From Macrostomum lignano (lineage: Eukaryota): DNA of 64,000 nucleotides. Below are positions 1-12,346 of this stretch, piece after piece. Position 1 is the stretch's first letter. The number at the start of each line of letters is the position of its first letter. Below the pieces are notes generated by a model. It ran no database searches and was not told the DNA's origin. It saw only the letters and a list, made by a program, of their open reading frames with translations. The position numbers and the translations under genes were made by a program. Location of the stretch: assembly GCA_002269645.1 (NCBI GenBank), contig NIVC01000301.1, forward strand, positions 542,460-606,459. Direction: 5' to 3'.

Positions 1-405
1 GAATCCGCCCCTGTTCCGCCCCTAACGGCTTGTATGAATCCGCCCCTGTTCCGCCCCTACCGGCTTGTATAAATCCGCCCCTGTTCCGCCCCCTAACGGC
101 TTGTATAAATCCGCCCCTGTTCCGCCCCCAACGGCTTGTATAAATCCGCCCCTGTTCCGCCCCTACCGGCTTGTATAAATCCGCCCCTGTTCCGCCCCCT
201 AACGGCTTGTATGAATCCGCCCCTGTTCCGCCCCTACCGGCTTGTATAAATTCGCCCCTGATCCGCCCCCTAACGGCTTGTATAAATCCGCCCCTGTTCC
301 GCCCCCTAACGGCTTGTATAAATCCGCCCCTGTTCCGCCCCCTAACGGCTTGGATAAATCCGCCCCTGTTCCGCCCCCTAACGGCTTGTATAAATCCGCT
401 CCTAT
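1..405. repeat. Minisatellite, ~31-32 bp unit (aatccgcccctgttccgccccctaacggcttgtat), ~13 copies, in an intron of the RhoGEF gene
   Basis: Tandem units read directly; the array runs off the left edge. Confidence 0.95.
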
Positions 406-614
406 TTCGGTCTTAGAAAGTTCTTAGAAATCCGCTACAATCCGCCCCTAAAGCTGTCCATAAATCCGCTCCTGTTCCGCCCCTGCTTCTTCTAGGTTTG
501 CTAAATCCACCCTGAATCTCACCTTAGTAATATATGGATTTGCCTTCATGGAAATTCTGTATTTTCAACTATCCGCCCTCCTCCGCCCCAGAGCCTGCAG
601 AAATCCGCCCCCAG

Positions 615-3600
615 CGGCGACGCCGATCGGCACATCAAGGCCGCCCTGGACGGCATGACCGGCATCGCCTCGGACATCAACGAGGTGCAGCGCCGGCACG
701 AGCACGCGCTCCGGGTGGAGGAGCTCAAGTCGCTGCTGAAGTCCGCCCACCTGGACATCGGCAGCCTGGGTGAGCTGGTGCGCGAGGACAGCTTTCGCAT
801 CCACGGGCACAAGGGCGCCCGCCAGGTGTTCCTCTTCCACAAGGCCATCCTGCTCACCAAGCGGCTGCAGAACGGCTGCCTGGCCATCAAGGAGATCATC
901 CGCTGCGCCAACCTCATGCTCATCGAGTCCATTCCCAAGGAGCAGCTCAGCTTCCACATTCTGCCATTCGACAATCCCAAATGCCAGCTCACCCTGCAGG
1001 CCCGCCGCATCGATCAGAAGGCGCAGTGGTGCCGCGACATCAAGCGGCTCATTATTGAGAACTACGAGGCCACAATACCGGAGAAGGCCAAGCACATTGT
1101 GCTCAACATGAGCGAGCTGTTGAACCAGAACTGCAACGGAGCCGCCGCCGCAGCCGCGCCTGCCACGGTCGCCGAGTCGCAGTCGCCTCCGCCATCTGGC
1201 CGGCGCCGCAATCATTCGTCCGGCAGGCGGGAGCTGCACATCTCCTCACCTGAGCGGCCCGCTGCCGGACTGCGCCGGAACAACTCGGACGAGCAGCTGG
1301 AGGTGGCCGCCCCCTTGCAGCGGTCGCGCCCCGTCTCCCGCTGCTACTCCAGCACTGAGGACCTCGGCGACCTGCTCCGCTATCATGAGGAGGCGCTCAA
1401 GGAGATCTTCACCAGGACTACCAGGTTTGCTATTCGAATGAATTTCGAGTTCGGGAGTTGTCCTTATATACACCTGAGAACCGCCCCGAAGTCATCCTGA
1501 GAATCGCCCCGAAGTCACACTGAGAATCGCCCCGAAGTCACACTGAGAATCGCCCCCAAATCACCCTGAGAATCGCCCCGAAGTCACACTGAGAATCGCC
1601 CCGAAGTCACCCTGAGAATCGCCCCGAAGTCTCACTGAGAATCGCCCCGAAGTCACCCTGAGAATCGCCCTGAAGTCTCACTGAGAATCGCCCGAAGTCT
1701 CACTGAGAATCGCCCCGAAGTCACCCTGAGAATCGCCCCGAAGTCTCACTGAGAATCGCCCCGAAGTCACCCTGAGAATCGCCCGAAGTCACACTGAGAA
1801 TCGCCCCCAAATCACCCTGAGAATCGCCCCCAAATCACCCTGAGAATCGCCCGAAGTCACACTGAGAATCGCCCCAAAAGCACTCTGAGAATTGCCTCAA
1901 AATCACCCTAAGCATCGCCCCGAAGTCACCCTGAGAATCGCCCGAAGTCACACTGAGAATCGCCCCGACGTCTCACTGAGAATCGCCCCCAAATCACCAT
2001 GAGAATCGCCCGAAGTCACACTGAGAATCGCCCCCAAATCACCCTGAGAATCGCCCCGAAGTCACACTGAGAATCGCCCCGAAGTCTCACTGAGAATCGC
2101 CCCCAAATCACCATGAGAATCGCCCGAAGTCACACTGAGAATCGCCCCCAAATCACCCTGAGAATCGCCCCGAAGTCATACTGAGAATCGCCCCGAAGTC
2201 ACACTGAGAATCGCCCCGAAGTCACCCTGAGAATCGCCCCGAAGTCACACTGAGAATCGCCCCCAAATCACCCTGAGAATCGCCCGAAGTCATACTGAGA
2301 ATCGCCCCAAAAGCACTCTGAGAATTGCCTCAAAATCACCCTAAGCATCGCCCCGAAGTCACACTGAGAATCGCCCCCAAATCACCCCGAGAATCGCCCC
2401 CAAATCACCCTAAGAATCGCCCCGAAGTCACACTGAGAATCGCCCCGAAGTCACACTGAGAATCGCCACCCAAATCACCATGAGAATCACCCGAAGTCAC
2501 ACTGAGAATCGCCCCCAAATCACCCTGAGAATCGCCCCGAAGTCACCCTGAGAATCGCCCCCAAATCACCCTGAGAATCGCCCCCAAATCACCCTAAGAA
2601 TCGCCCCCAAATCACCCTGAGAATCGCCCCGAAGTCACACTGAGAATCGCCACCCAAATCACCCTGAGAATCGCCCCAAAATCACCCTGTGGATGTCACC
2701 AAAATAATTGACTGCGGTCCACAAACCTGTGCTCCCGCAGGTGCGGCTCCTCGTCGGACAGCTCCGCCGAGATGGACGGTGAAGCCGCCGCCGCCGCTGC
2801 CCCCGCCGGCTCGCCTGGCGGTTTCCTGTCCGGTCCAGACGCCGACTTCACCTCCATCGCCATCGAGATCAACGAAGAGGTTCTTGGCGCTTCCGGCACC
2901 TCAGCTGCCGTTGTCTACGGCACCTCGCCGCGGACTGCAGGCAGCGGCGGCTTCGGCGGCGGTGGCGGCGGAGGCCACCGCAGGCAGCCGAGCGCCGGCC
3001 GCGGCAGCGACATCCTGCGCGCCGCCATCGACAAGTCGGCCGCTGTGTCGGCGGCTGCAGTGGCGGCAGCGGCGGCGGCATCGGCGGGCCCCTCTAGCGG
3101 AAACGGCAGCGGCAACGGCTGTTCAAAGGGCTCAGAGTCCTCGCCGCTGTACATTCACTGCCCCAAGGGCAACTACGACAACGTCGTGTTCGGCCGAGCC
3201 TACGATAAGTACATCGAGAAGACTAAAAAGAAAATTGCCCTAACTGAAACCGACATCGACGAGATTCTGCGGCCTCTGAGGCAGCTGCGCGTCGACACTG
3301 TGTCGGGCAACGGCGACCAGGCCGCTGGCGGCGGCGGCGGCGGCTCCCCGGGCAACACGCCGCCATCCTCCGCCGACTCCTCGCCGAGGCGCATCGTCAG
3401 CCGCATCGCCACCTCGTTTGGAGTCGGGCCGGCAGCGGCCACGCCGACTCGAATCATCCAGGTGTCGGAGCAGCAGCAACAGCAGCCCTCCAAGCAGCAG
3501 CGCAGCCAGTCGGTTGTCAGCGCCGTCCTCGGCGAGATCAAATCCGCCTGGCGCAAAAACTCTTCGGCCAGTTCGAGCAGCGCTGCTCCGGCAGCCGCCG

Positions 3601-4568
3601 CCGTTGCCGCGGTCCCGGCGGCGTCGCATTTGCACCTGAAGCGGAACGACTCGGCTTCGTCAGATAGTGGCGTGTTCCTTCCGGCCCAGAAGCAGCAACA
3701 GCAGCGGCAGCAGCAACAGCAGCGGCAGCAGCAACAGCAGCAGCGGCAACAGCAGCAGCCGACTCGGCGGGCCCGCGCACCCGCACCCCCGGCTCCGAAA
3801 AGCAGCAACGGCAACGGAGGGGGCGGCGGCGAAGGCGGAGGCGACGGCAGCAGCGTGCAGAAGTTCATCCGCTCATTCGCCAACAAGGACGCCAGGGCCA
3901 GGCAGGAGAGCGACATCCTGAATGGCGCCATCGCGCCCAGCCGCCGTCTGCCGTCCGGCACTCGGCCGCCAGCCGCTGAGCCGCCGCCGCCGCCGCCGCC
4001 ACAGTCGACATCGTCGAAATCCGCAGCCCGACAGCCGCACAGAAACGGCGAACAGCGGGGGTCGCAGCCGCAGGCGGCCGCCCCCACCAGCGCCCCGGTG
4101 TCCAGGCGCAGCGCCACGAAGTCCCGCAAGGCTCCGTCGCCGCCACCGCCGCAGCAGCAGCCGCAGTCCCCGTTGACCGCCGCTCACGTTCTGGACTCGC
4201 TGCCGTACGCGGATGATGAGGACTCCAACAAGTCCCAGCATCATCAGCATCATCAGCAGCAGCAGCAGTGGCGCCGCACCCAGGACTGGTCGCAGGAGAA
4301 CCTCTACTGGAAGCGGGCCCTGCTTGACCCGCCGGCGAAGCCTCCCCGGCCCCCGGCCAGCGGCAGCAGCGGGCGGCCGCCTCCGCCTCCGCCACCATCG
4401 CAGCCGCCGTCGGCGCCGCTCGCCGTCAGCGAAGCCTCCGGGACGTCTGGTGCCGCCGCCGCGGCCGCCGCTGCTGCCGGCTCGTCGGAAGGCGGGGATG
4501 TCGACGAGGAGGACCGGCCGCGCAGGGGCACCGTGGCGAACCTGGTAAACCGCTTCCAGCACAACTGA
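615..4568 (+). CDS. PLEKHG1/2/3-type Dbl-family RhoGEF, 3' part (end of DH domain, PH domain, low-complexity tail); exons 615-1424 and 2741-4568; 5' exons outside window
   Basis: Exon after ccccag reads GDADRHIKAALDGMTGIASDINEVQRRHEHALRVEELKSLL...GELVRED...RQVFLFHKAILLTK...CANLMLIESIPKEQLSF...WCRDIKRLIIENY, matching the PLEKHG DH-PH junction. Donor AG|gtttgc (1424) and acceptor ccgcag|G (2741) are both phase 2 and join in frame to ORF 2772-4568. Confidence 0.85.
1483..2690. repeat. Minisatellite, 23-24 bp unit (ctgagaatcgccccgaagtcac[ac/cc]), ~50 copies, filling most of intron 1425-2740
   Basis: Tandem units read directly. Confidence 0.95.
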
Positions 4569-4661
4569 GTGCGCCCTGCGACCGCGCCTTTACCACCGGC
4601 TTTCCTGCGTAATCCGTCATTCAGTTGCAGCCCTGACTGAAGCTAAATGAAAAATATCAAC

Positions 4662-4975
4662 TGACCCTCAGAATCGCCCTTAATCCCCACCCTCAGAATC
4701 GCCCCCCTTAATCCCCACCCAGAGAATCGCCCCCCTTGATCCCCACCCAGAGAATCGCCCCCCTTGATCCCCACCCAGAGAATCGCCCCCTTGATCCCCA
4801 CCCACAGAATCGGCCCCCTTAATCCCCAACCAGAGAATCGCCCCCCTTAATCTCCTCCCAGAGAATCGCCCCCCTTAATCCCCACCCACAGAATCGCCCC
4901 CTTGATCCCCACCCAGATTATCGCCCCCCTTAATCCCCAACCCGAGAATCGCCCCCCTTTAATCCCCACCCCAAA
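4662..4975. repeat. Minisatellite, ~27 bp unit (cagagaatcgcccccttaatccccacc), ~11 copies, just 3' of the RhoGEF stop
   Basis: Tandem units read directly. Confidence 0.9.
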
Positions 4976-6045
4976 AACCCCTTCAGTTTTAGTGAAGTCG
5001 CATGTATCGCTCAGCACAAGTGAATGCATTAAGCGTCTGCTCTGCTTATTTCGCAATAACTCTCAGATATTTTTATTCCCAAATTTTGAGTTTTTTCCTC
5101 ATTCAACCCTGCTTTCCCTCCGATCTCTTATCAGAAAGTAATTTAATAAATAAATAAAACAGCTTGCATTGCTACTCGCCCTGTTGCTACTACTAGTCAG
5201 TAGTCTGCTGGGGTGGCCTTGTTTTACTCTGGCGCAATGTCATGCCGAGCTCTCATCTTGTCTTTTTTTCACACCGAAACTGCACGTTTATCTCTTTTTT
5301 TATTTTTTAAAGTCTGCTTTTCCTGCTTTTGCTAAGTTTTGTTAATATCAGCTGATCCAAGTCAGTTTTTTTCTATAATTCAAACTGTTTTTTTGTCACC
5401 CTGATGCAATGCTGATGCATTTAACTTGTGCACTGGTTCGTGTTCATTGCCTCACTGATTCGCAATCGGCATCCCCTCAGTTCCCCTTTTGCTGTTGTCC
5501 CCCAGTTTTGCTTCCAGACCCAGCTTGCTTCATCTTAATCTGTTGTTGTCTGACGTTTCCTGGAACTGAAATTGGCTAACTTTTTCTATGAAACAGTGTA
5601 AATTTGTTATAACTATGCTTATGAATTCTTATTAGGAATTTATTGCTACATGCTCACCGGGCTGACAGGTGAAAAAAGATATTTTTAGCTCCCAGTTGCT
5701 GCCCCGTTGCCCCCCAGCTCTGAGTTGCTAATAATTCAATATTCTATAATTACTGATATGATTGCCTGTACTGTGCATGAGTTGTGTAACTAATGCCATT
5801 AGACTGGGAATCTGTGCGGCATTATCTACTATTCTAGTCTGTGGCTTATTCTTATTATAATTATATATTATTAACGTTATATTAATTCTCCCGCTCCGCA
5901 TTCGTTAAATGTTTTGCTGTCTTCTCGCCTCTGTTGCTGTCAGTCAGGACTCTGACTGGTCTGGGCTTGCCCGCTTACTAGGGGGGATAGTAGGGTGAGT
6001 AGGGTAATTAAGGGTGAGACAGTTTGAGGGTGAAATGTGAAAAGG

Positions 6046-7234
6046 GGAGACAGGGAAGGTGAGACATTGGATAGGGGAGACATGGAGGGTAAGACATTGG
6101 ATAGGGGAGACATGGAGGGTAAGACATTGGATAGGGGAGACAGGGAGGGTAAGACATTGGATAGGGGAGACAGGGAGGGTGAGACATTGGATAGGGGAGA
6201 CATGGAGGGTAAGACATTGGATAGGGGAGACATGGAGGGTAAGACATTGGATAGGGAAGACATGGAGGGTAAGACATTGGATAGGGGAGACAGGGAGGGT
6301 GAGACATTGGATAGGGGAGACAGGGAGGGTGAGACATTGGATAGGGGAGACAGGGAGGGTGAGACATTGGATAGGGGAGACAGGGAGGGTGAGACATTGG
6401 ATAGGGGAGACATGGAGGGTAAGACATTGGATAGGGGAGACAGGGAGGGTGAGACATTGGATAGGGGAGACATGGAGGGTAAGACATTGGATAGGGGAGA
6501 CAGGGAGGGTGAGACATTGGATAGGGGAGACAGGAAGGGTGAGACATTGGATAGGGGAGACAGGGAGGGTGAGACATTGGATAGGGGAGACAGGGAGGGT
6601 GAGACATTGGATAGGGGAGACATGGAGGGTAAGACATTGGATAGGGGAGACAGGGAGGGTGAGACATTGGATAGGGGAGACAGGAAGGGTGAGACATTGG
6701 ATAGGGGAGACAGGGAGGGTGAGACATTGGATAGGGGAGACAGGGAGGGTGAGACATTGGATAGGGGAGACAGAGAGGGTGAGACATTGGATAGGGGAGA
6801 CAGGGAGGGTGAGACATTGGATAGGGGAGACAGGGAGGGTGAGACATTGGATAGGGGAGACAGAGAGGGTGAGACATTGGATAGGGGAGACAGGGAGGGT
6901 GAGACATTGGATAGGGGAGACAGGGAGGGTGAGACATTGGATAGGGGAGACAGGGAGGGTGAGACATTGGATAGGGGAGACAGGGAGGGTGAGACATTGG
7001 ATAGGGGAGACAGGGAGGGTGAGACATTGGATAGGGGAGACAGGGAGGGTGAGACATTGAATAGGGGAGACAGGGAGGGTGAGACATTGGATAGGGGAGA
7101 CAGGGAGGGTGAGACATTGGATAGGGGAGACAGGGAGGGTGAGACATTGGATAGGGGAGACAGGGAGGGTGAGACATTGGATAGGGGAGACAGGGAGGGT
7201 GAGACATTGGATAGGGGAGACAGGGAGGGTGAGA
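6046..7234. repeat. Highly homogeneous 30-bp purine/G-rich minisatellite (gagacattggataggggagacagggagggt), ~39 copies
   Basis: Units stay in register with the 60-nt lines; accounts for the repetitive ORFs at 5940-7275. Confidence 0.97.
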
Positions 7235-7599
7235 TAAACAGTCAAGCAGACTAAGAGAGATTCGCTAAAATTCATGCAAACGCATTGCGGTGGTGTGGGT
7301 GCAGCCTTCTAGTTTTCTGCAGCCCAGCTCAATCCGCCTGTTTAGGCTCTGGGGCGGGCATTCGAACTTGGCAGGGGCTAATTGGGTCCGCTGATTGCTC
7401 TTTGCCGTATCTTTCTGCGTCCATTAAAGCTGAAGACTAGTTTTGCTACATCTGAAACTGCGCTGGTGTTTACTGTATTGCAGGACTGGGGGCTCTGGTG
7501 GGCAAAACTCTACACTTATTCTGTAGCAATTAGTTAACTGATCCGCCACTGATATCTCTTCCGATCACCTGTTTACTAAAATTGCACTTGATCCAAGCC

Positions 7600-7955
7600 T
7601 GAGAATCGCCCTTGACCCTCTGCAACCCTGAGAATCGCCCTCGATCCGCCCCCACCCCTTTAGAATCGCCTTCAATCCGCCCCAGCCCCTTAGAATCGCC
7701 TTCAATCCGCCCCAGCCCCTTAGAATCGCCTTCAATCCGCCCCAGCCCCTTAGAATCGCCTTCAATCCGCCCCCACCCCTTTAGAACCGCCTTCAATCCG
7801 CCCCAGCCCCTTAGAATCGCTTTCAATCCGCCCAGCCCCTTAGAATCGCCTTCAATCCGCCCCAGCCCCTTAGAATCGCTTTCAATCCGCCCACCCCCTT
7901 TAGAATCGCCCACGATCCGCCCACCCCTTAGAATCGCTCTGAGAATCGCCCTCGA
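7600..7955. repeat. Minisatellite, ~30 bp unit (tagaatcgccttcaatccgccccagcccct), ~10 copies
   Basis: Tandem units read directly. Confidence 0.9.
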
Positions 7956-8539
7956 TCCGTCCCAGAGAACCAGTTTTGGGATGTCAGAGACTTCAAGAGA
8001 CCGGGGCACATATCCATATATTTCAATATCCAGAAAATTCAGAACCGGCCTCACCTCAAATGCAAAAAGAACGAAAGCAAATTTTTAATTGAGCCATTGG
8101 CAAACTCACTCGTTAACTAACTTTGTTTATTCATATCGCACGCATACCTGAAGGGGGTGGACTGAGCATAAGGATTTTGACACCTCGTGCATACAAAAAA
8201 TAGACTAATTTGGTGAGCTTGTTGGTAAGTTGTTTGACTCTGTTGAGTCTCAATCCACAACTCTCACGTGCTGCTCCTTGTGATATGGTTAAAAGTTGTT
8301 TAATAAACCAGAAATGAAAACGCACATTTTTGGATTAAAGATTTCGCCAAAAATATCGATATTAAAGCCTATGAGCTGCACGATTTATGAGTTGGAAAGC
8401 GTTTGAAAAAATATAGTCAAATTTATTATTATGAAATAGCATATAAACGATACACTGATTTGGCTAAGCATAAAGTCTGAGAAGTTTTCTGCGACTGCGA
8501 TCATTTAGGTCCTAAGGCTGCTGTGACATGTCCATGCCT

Positions 8540-8801
8540 GACCCAATCTGACCTAAAACAAATCTGAATCATGCTTGACCCAAATCAAGTCTAAGCTTGA
8601 CCCAAATCTGAATCATGCTTGACCCAAATCTAGTCTAGGCCTGACCCAAATCTAGTCTAGGCTTGACCCAAATCTAGTCTAGGCTTAACCCAAATCTGAA
8701 CCATGCTTGACCCAAATCTAGTCTAGGCTTGACCCAAATCTGAACCATGCTTGACCCAAATCTGAATCATGCTTGACCCAAATCTAGTCTAGGCTTGACC
8801 C
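8540..8801. repeat. Minisatellite, 21-22 bp, two variants (gacccaaatctagtctaggctt / gacccaaatctgaatcatgctt), ~12 copies
   Basis: Tandem units read directly. Confidence 0.9.
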
Positions 8802-8879
8802 CAAACAATGAGCTTCCCCTATAGAAGCCAGACAGCCAGAACGCATTCGCAGTTGGTTGCTCAGGAAGCCAGGCCCAGC

Positions 8880-9911
8880 TCAGTAGTCGGGGGTTCGCCA
8901 CACCAGAATGGCGAACCGGTTCACGAAGAAGTGGAACATGCAGCCGATCTCGTGTGTGCAGTAGGAGCCGTACTGGAATCGGCCGACGATGACGTGCCAG
9001 GCCCGCTGGTCGAGGCTGTCCAGCTCCGACTTGATGTACTTGGCGACGTCCTTCTCCACGGAAAACTCGTCCTGGGCCTTCCTGGCCAGCCGGACGATCA
9101 GCCGCTGCAGGTCCTCGGGCATCTCCTTGTCCAGCGCGATGATCCGCACGCCGTCCATGTCGTCCCGGTCGTCGTCAGCGCCAGCCGCGCCCGCTTGGAC
9201 TCGCTGCTCCGTGACTTTTTCGCTGCAAGTTAGGTGGCATTGTACTCGTGTCGAATTCGACTTTAAGCATTCTCAGCCTACCAGAAAGGCCAACATGGTT
9301 AAAAGTACTGATAGCTCTGTTGCTCACATGTAATCTTCGTTGGGCTTCAGGCCGAGCACCTCGCAGTACTCCTCGATAGAAATGGTGCCTGAGTTGTCAA
9401 TGTCGAACAGGTTCAGCCATTTCTGCGGACGGGTTGGCGGCTTTGTGTACTAAACTGGGGATCACGTGACAGCTAGGTCAGAAACAGGAGATCCGAATAG
9501 CATGGATTCGAGGAAGCTGCAAAGGGTTGCTTAAATTGCTTGCTTCTCTAATCAGTGGATCCCCAGATAGCCAATGGATTGCTAATCTAGCTAGTGGATT
9601 GCTAATCTAGCTAGGGGATTGCTAATCTAGCCAGTGGATTTCTAATCTATCCAATGGATTACTAATCTATCCAATCTATTGCTAATCTAGCTAGTGGATT
9701 GCTAATCTAGCCAATGGATTGCCGAATCAGAGGCCAAAATTGCGACGTTGCTAAGGCACACTCGGCTCTTAGCAACGGGCCACTCCGGCGTCACCTGCAC
9801 GAAGTTCATGTCCAGCCCATTCTCCCGGCAGTAGTCCAGCAGCTCGTCCTTCGTGATGGCACCGCTGTGGTCCGTGTCGATGCACTCGAAGGCGCTGAGT
9901 AGGTCGCACAT
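8880..9911 (-). CDS. EF-hand + dynein-light-chain-like protein (tegumental-allergen-like, TAL type), 184 aa; exons 9911-9795, 9422-9328, 9222-8880
   Basis: Exon 1b MCDLLSAFECIDTDHSGAITKDELLDYCRENGLDMNFVQ|gtgacg (phase 0). Exon 2 KWLNLFDIDNSGTISIEEYCEVLGLKPNEDY|gtgagc (phase 2). Exon 3 linker plus DLC domain (EKDVAKYIKSELD...WHVIVGR...GSYCTHE...FAILVWRTP). All junctions are GT-AG and in frame. Confidence 0.88.
9575..9720. repeat. Minisatellite, ~20 bp (ggattgctaatctagctagt), ~7 copies, in the TAL intron
   Basis: Tandem units read directly. Confidence 0.85.
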
Positions 9912-10424
9912 GACTCTGATTTGGTGCCACCAGAAGGGGCGGCCGCCCTTGGCTAAGTGACAGGTTTAGCCTGGCTAAATGCAGTCCGTGTTTACTGCTG
10001 GCCTGCACTGGACTTGGCCCGGCTCTGCACGCCTCGTGAGCCACTCACTCGCTCTGCAGCCAAAGCTGCATGAAGGCCCCGCAAGACAAGAAGAAATGGC
10101 AAATGTTCCGGTTGGGGTGGCTGCCCGCTTTCAACACACACCTATCCTCCAGCACATCTGCCCACTCAATGGACCCCCATAGGGAGAGAGGAGTACGTCT
10201 GGGAAGACCAGCAAGGGGTCACGTGAGGTTAATGTACATTAGTAGGAGGCGCGAGCGTACACTGCGGGGAGATGCTACTTTTTCTCCCCAGCGTTCCCGT
10301 TCCCATACAGCCATGACATGCCAGACAATAGCATTTCTGTTCGGCTGTAATTTTGCCAAGGAGCGTCTTTTTCGGGCATTTGATACTGAAGGCCGAGTTA
10401 AAGGTATTAAAAGGTAGAAATCGG

Positions 10425-10790
10425 ACACAAGTGACAGAAAGATGGGAGTCCAAGAAAGTGTCTGTTGGGAGTGACAGAAAGTGTCAGATGGGAGTGACAG
10501 AAAGTGTCAGATGGGAGTGACAGAAAGTGTCTGTTGGGAGTGACAGAAAGTGTCAGATGGGAGTGACAGAAAGATGGGAGTCCAAGAAAGTGTCTGTTGG
10601 GAGTGACAGAAAGTGTCAGATGGGAGTGACAGAAAGTGTCAGATGGGAGTGACAGAAAGTGTCTGTTGGGAGTGACAGAAAGTGTCAGATGGGAGTGACA
10701 GAGAGTGTCAGATGGGAGGGACAGAAAGTCAAACGGAGTGACAGAAAGAGCCAGATGGGAGTGACAGAAAGTGTCAGTTAGGAGTGACAG
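10425..10790. repeat. Minisatellite, ~23 bp (gggagtgacagaaagtgtcagat), ~15 copies
   Basis: Tandem units read directly. Confidence 0.9.
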
Positions 10791-10836
10791 ACAGTGCCAA
10801 CAAAATGCTAGCTACAGAAATGTCAGTCTCGCACAC

Positions 10837-10953
10837 CTGAGTGAACTTTTCGTCAAAGTTCTGCCGCTTGCAGTAGGCCTCGAGCTCCTCGCGGGTGATC
10901 TCGCCGCTAAAGTCGGTGTCGATGGACTCGAATGCTTTGAGAAAGTCGGCCAT
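10837..10953 (-). CDS. Second (upstream) EF-hand first exon of the TAL gene: MADFLKAFESIDTDFSGEITREELEAYCKRQNFDEKFTQ
   Basis: 117 nt like exon 9911-9795; own ATG, canonical EF loop DTDFSGEITREE, ends CAG|gtgtgc (phase 0), compatible with the acceptor at 9422; CCAAT and TATAAT-like motifs ~90-105 nt upstream. Confidence 0.78.
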
Positions 10954-11573
10954 GGCTGAGAGTCAGGGGGGCGAGCTGGTCTTGCTGAGGTCTTGCAAAA
11001 AGGCGAAGAGCAACGCAGCTTTGAGAGACTGGAAACGTGGAATTATAGAGAGAGAATTGGAGCCTCAAGGCGGGGCGTGGGCAGAGACTGACCCCCCCCC
11101 CCCCCTGACTGAGCGAGCGGCACAATGGGAGTTGCAAATTGCAAGAGTGAAGCTCGGCAGTTTGGACAATCGCCAGCAGCACAGGTCTCTGCGTGTCTGA
11201 GCAAACAGGAGTCGCTGCCGAGTTGCCACTTGGCCGAGAGAGAGCAAACTCAGTGAGTGAGCAGTGAGTGAGTGAGATGGGGCCGGCGACTGCAAGGCAG
11301 ACCACAGTGGTATGAAGTTGCAACAGCTCTGCTGCACCTGGCCACAATTTGAATGGAAAATACCATGCCATAAAAGACGAGAGAAGTTTTTAGAAAGACA
11401 GAGAAGAGCCCGCGTGCTTGTTTGAAAAACAAAAAGCAATTCGGGTGAGGGGGGGGGTTTGACTGGGTTTCTTAAATTTTGTCTTTTTTGAGAATTTTGC
11501 TGAGCCACACAGGGCGCGCCGAGACAGCGCGGCGACCACAGGTGGGTGGGGAGGGAGATGGGAGAAGCAGAAT

Positions 11574-12137
11574 CTGCTGGTCAGTAGGCACACTGCAAAT
11601 GTATAGTAAAACACCAATACTACTGCTGGTCAGTAGGCGCACTGCAAATGTATAGTAAAACACCAATACTACTGCTGGTCAGTAGGCACACTGCAAATGT
11701 ATAGTAAAACACCAATACTACTGCTGGTCAGTAGGCACACTGCAAATGCATAGTAAAACACCAATACTACTGCTGGTCAGTAGGCACACTGCAAATGTAT
11801 AGTAAAACACCAATACTACTGCTGGTCAGTAGGCGCACTGCAAATGTATAGTAAAACACCAATACTACTGCTGGTCAGTAGGCACACTGCAAATGTATAG
11901 TAAAACACCAATACTACTGCTGGTCAGTAGGCACACTGCAAATGCATAGTAAAACACCAATACTACTGCTGGTCAGTAGGCACACTGCAAATGTATAGTA
12001 AAACACCAATACTACTGCTGGTCAGTAGGCGCACTGCAAATGTATAGTAAAACACCAATACTACTGCTGGTCAGTAGGCACACTGCAAATGTATAGTAAA
12101 ACACCAATACTACTGCTGGTCAGTAGGCGCTGCAAAT
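11574..12137. repeat. Minisatellite, 49-bp unit (ctgctggtcagtaggcacactgcaaatgtatagtaaaacaccaatacta), ~11 copies
   Basis: Near-identical head-to-tail units with no spacers. Confidence 0.95.
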
Positions 12138-12346
12138 TAAACCGTATAATTTGTATCACTTCGCCCAAAATCTGATCCGAAAAAGCAAAACGCCTGCGAG
12201 GCTGAAAAAGAAAGCAAATATTGATTGAGGCCCGAGCGCAGACCGGTCGGATTGCGAAGCTTAGCAAAACTGCAGGTACAGGCTTAGCCAAAAAACGATT
12301 AAAGAGAAACTCGATCAGCTCCACGGCTAAAAAACAGTCCAAGTCT

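Noticed and set aside
2869-4620. Many overlapping antisense and alternative-frame ORFs over GC-rich exons (also at 12.2-13.3, 20-21, 37 and 62 kb)
   Set aside because: Expected shadow ORFs from very high GC3; no independent motifs
5940-7275. Long repetitive ORFs on both strands (up to 443 aa)
   Set aside because: Translations of a 30-bp tandem array; open in several frames only because the unit lacks stops
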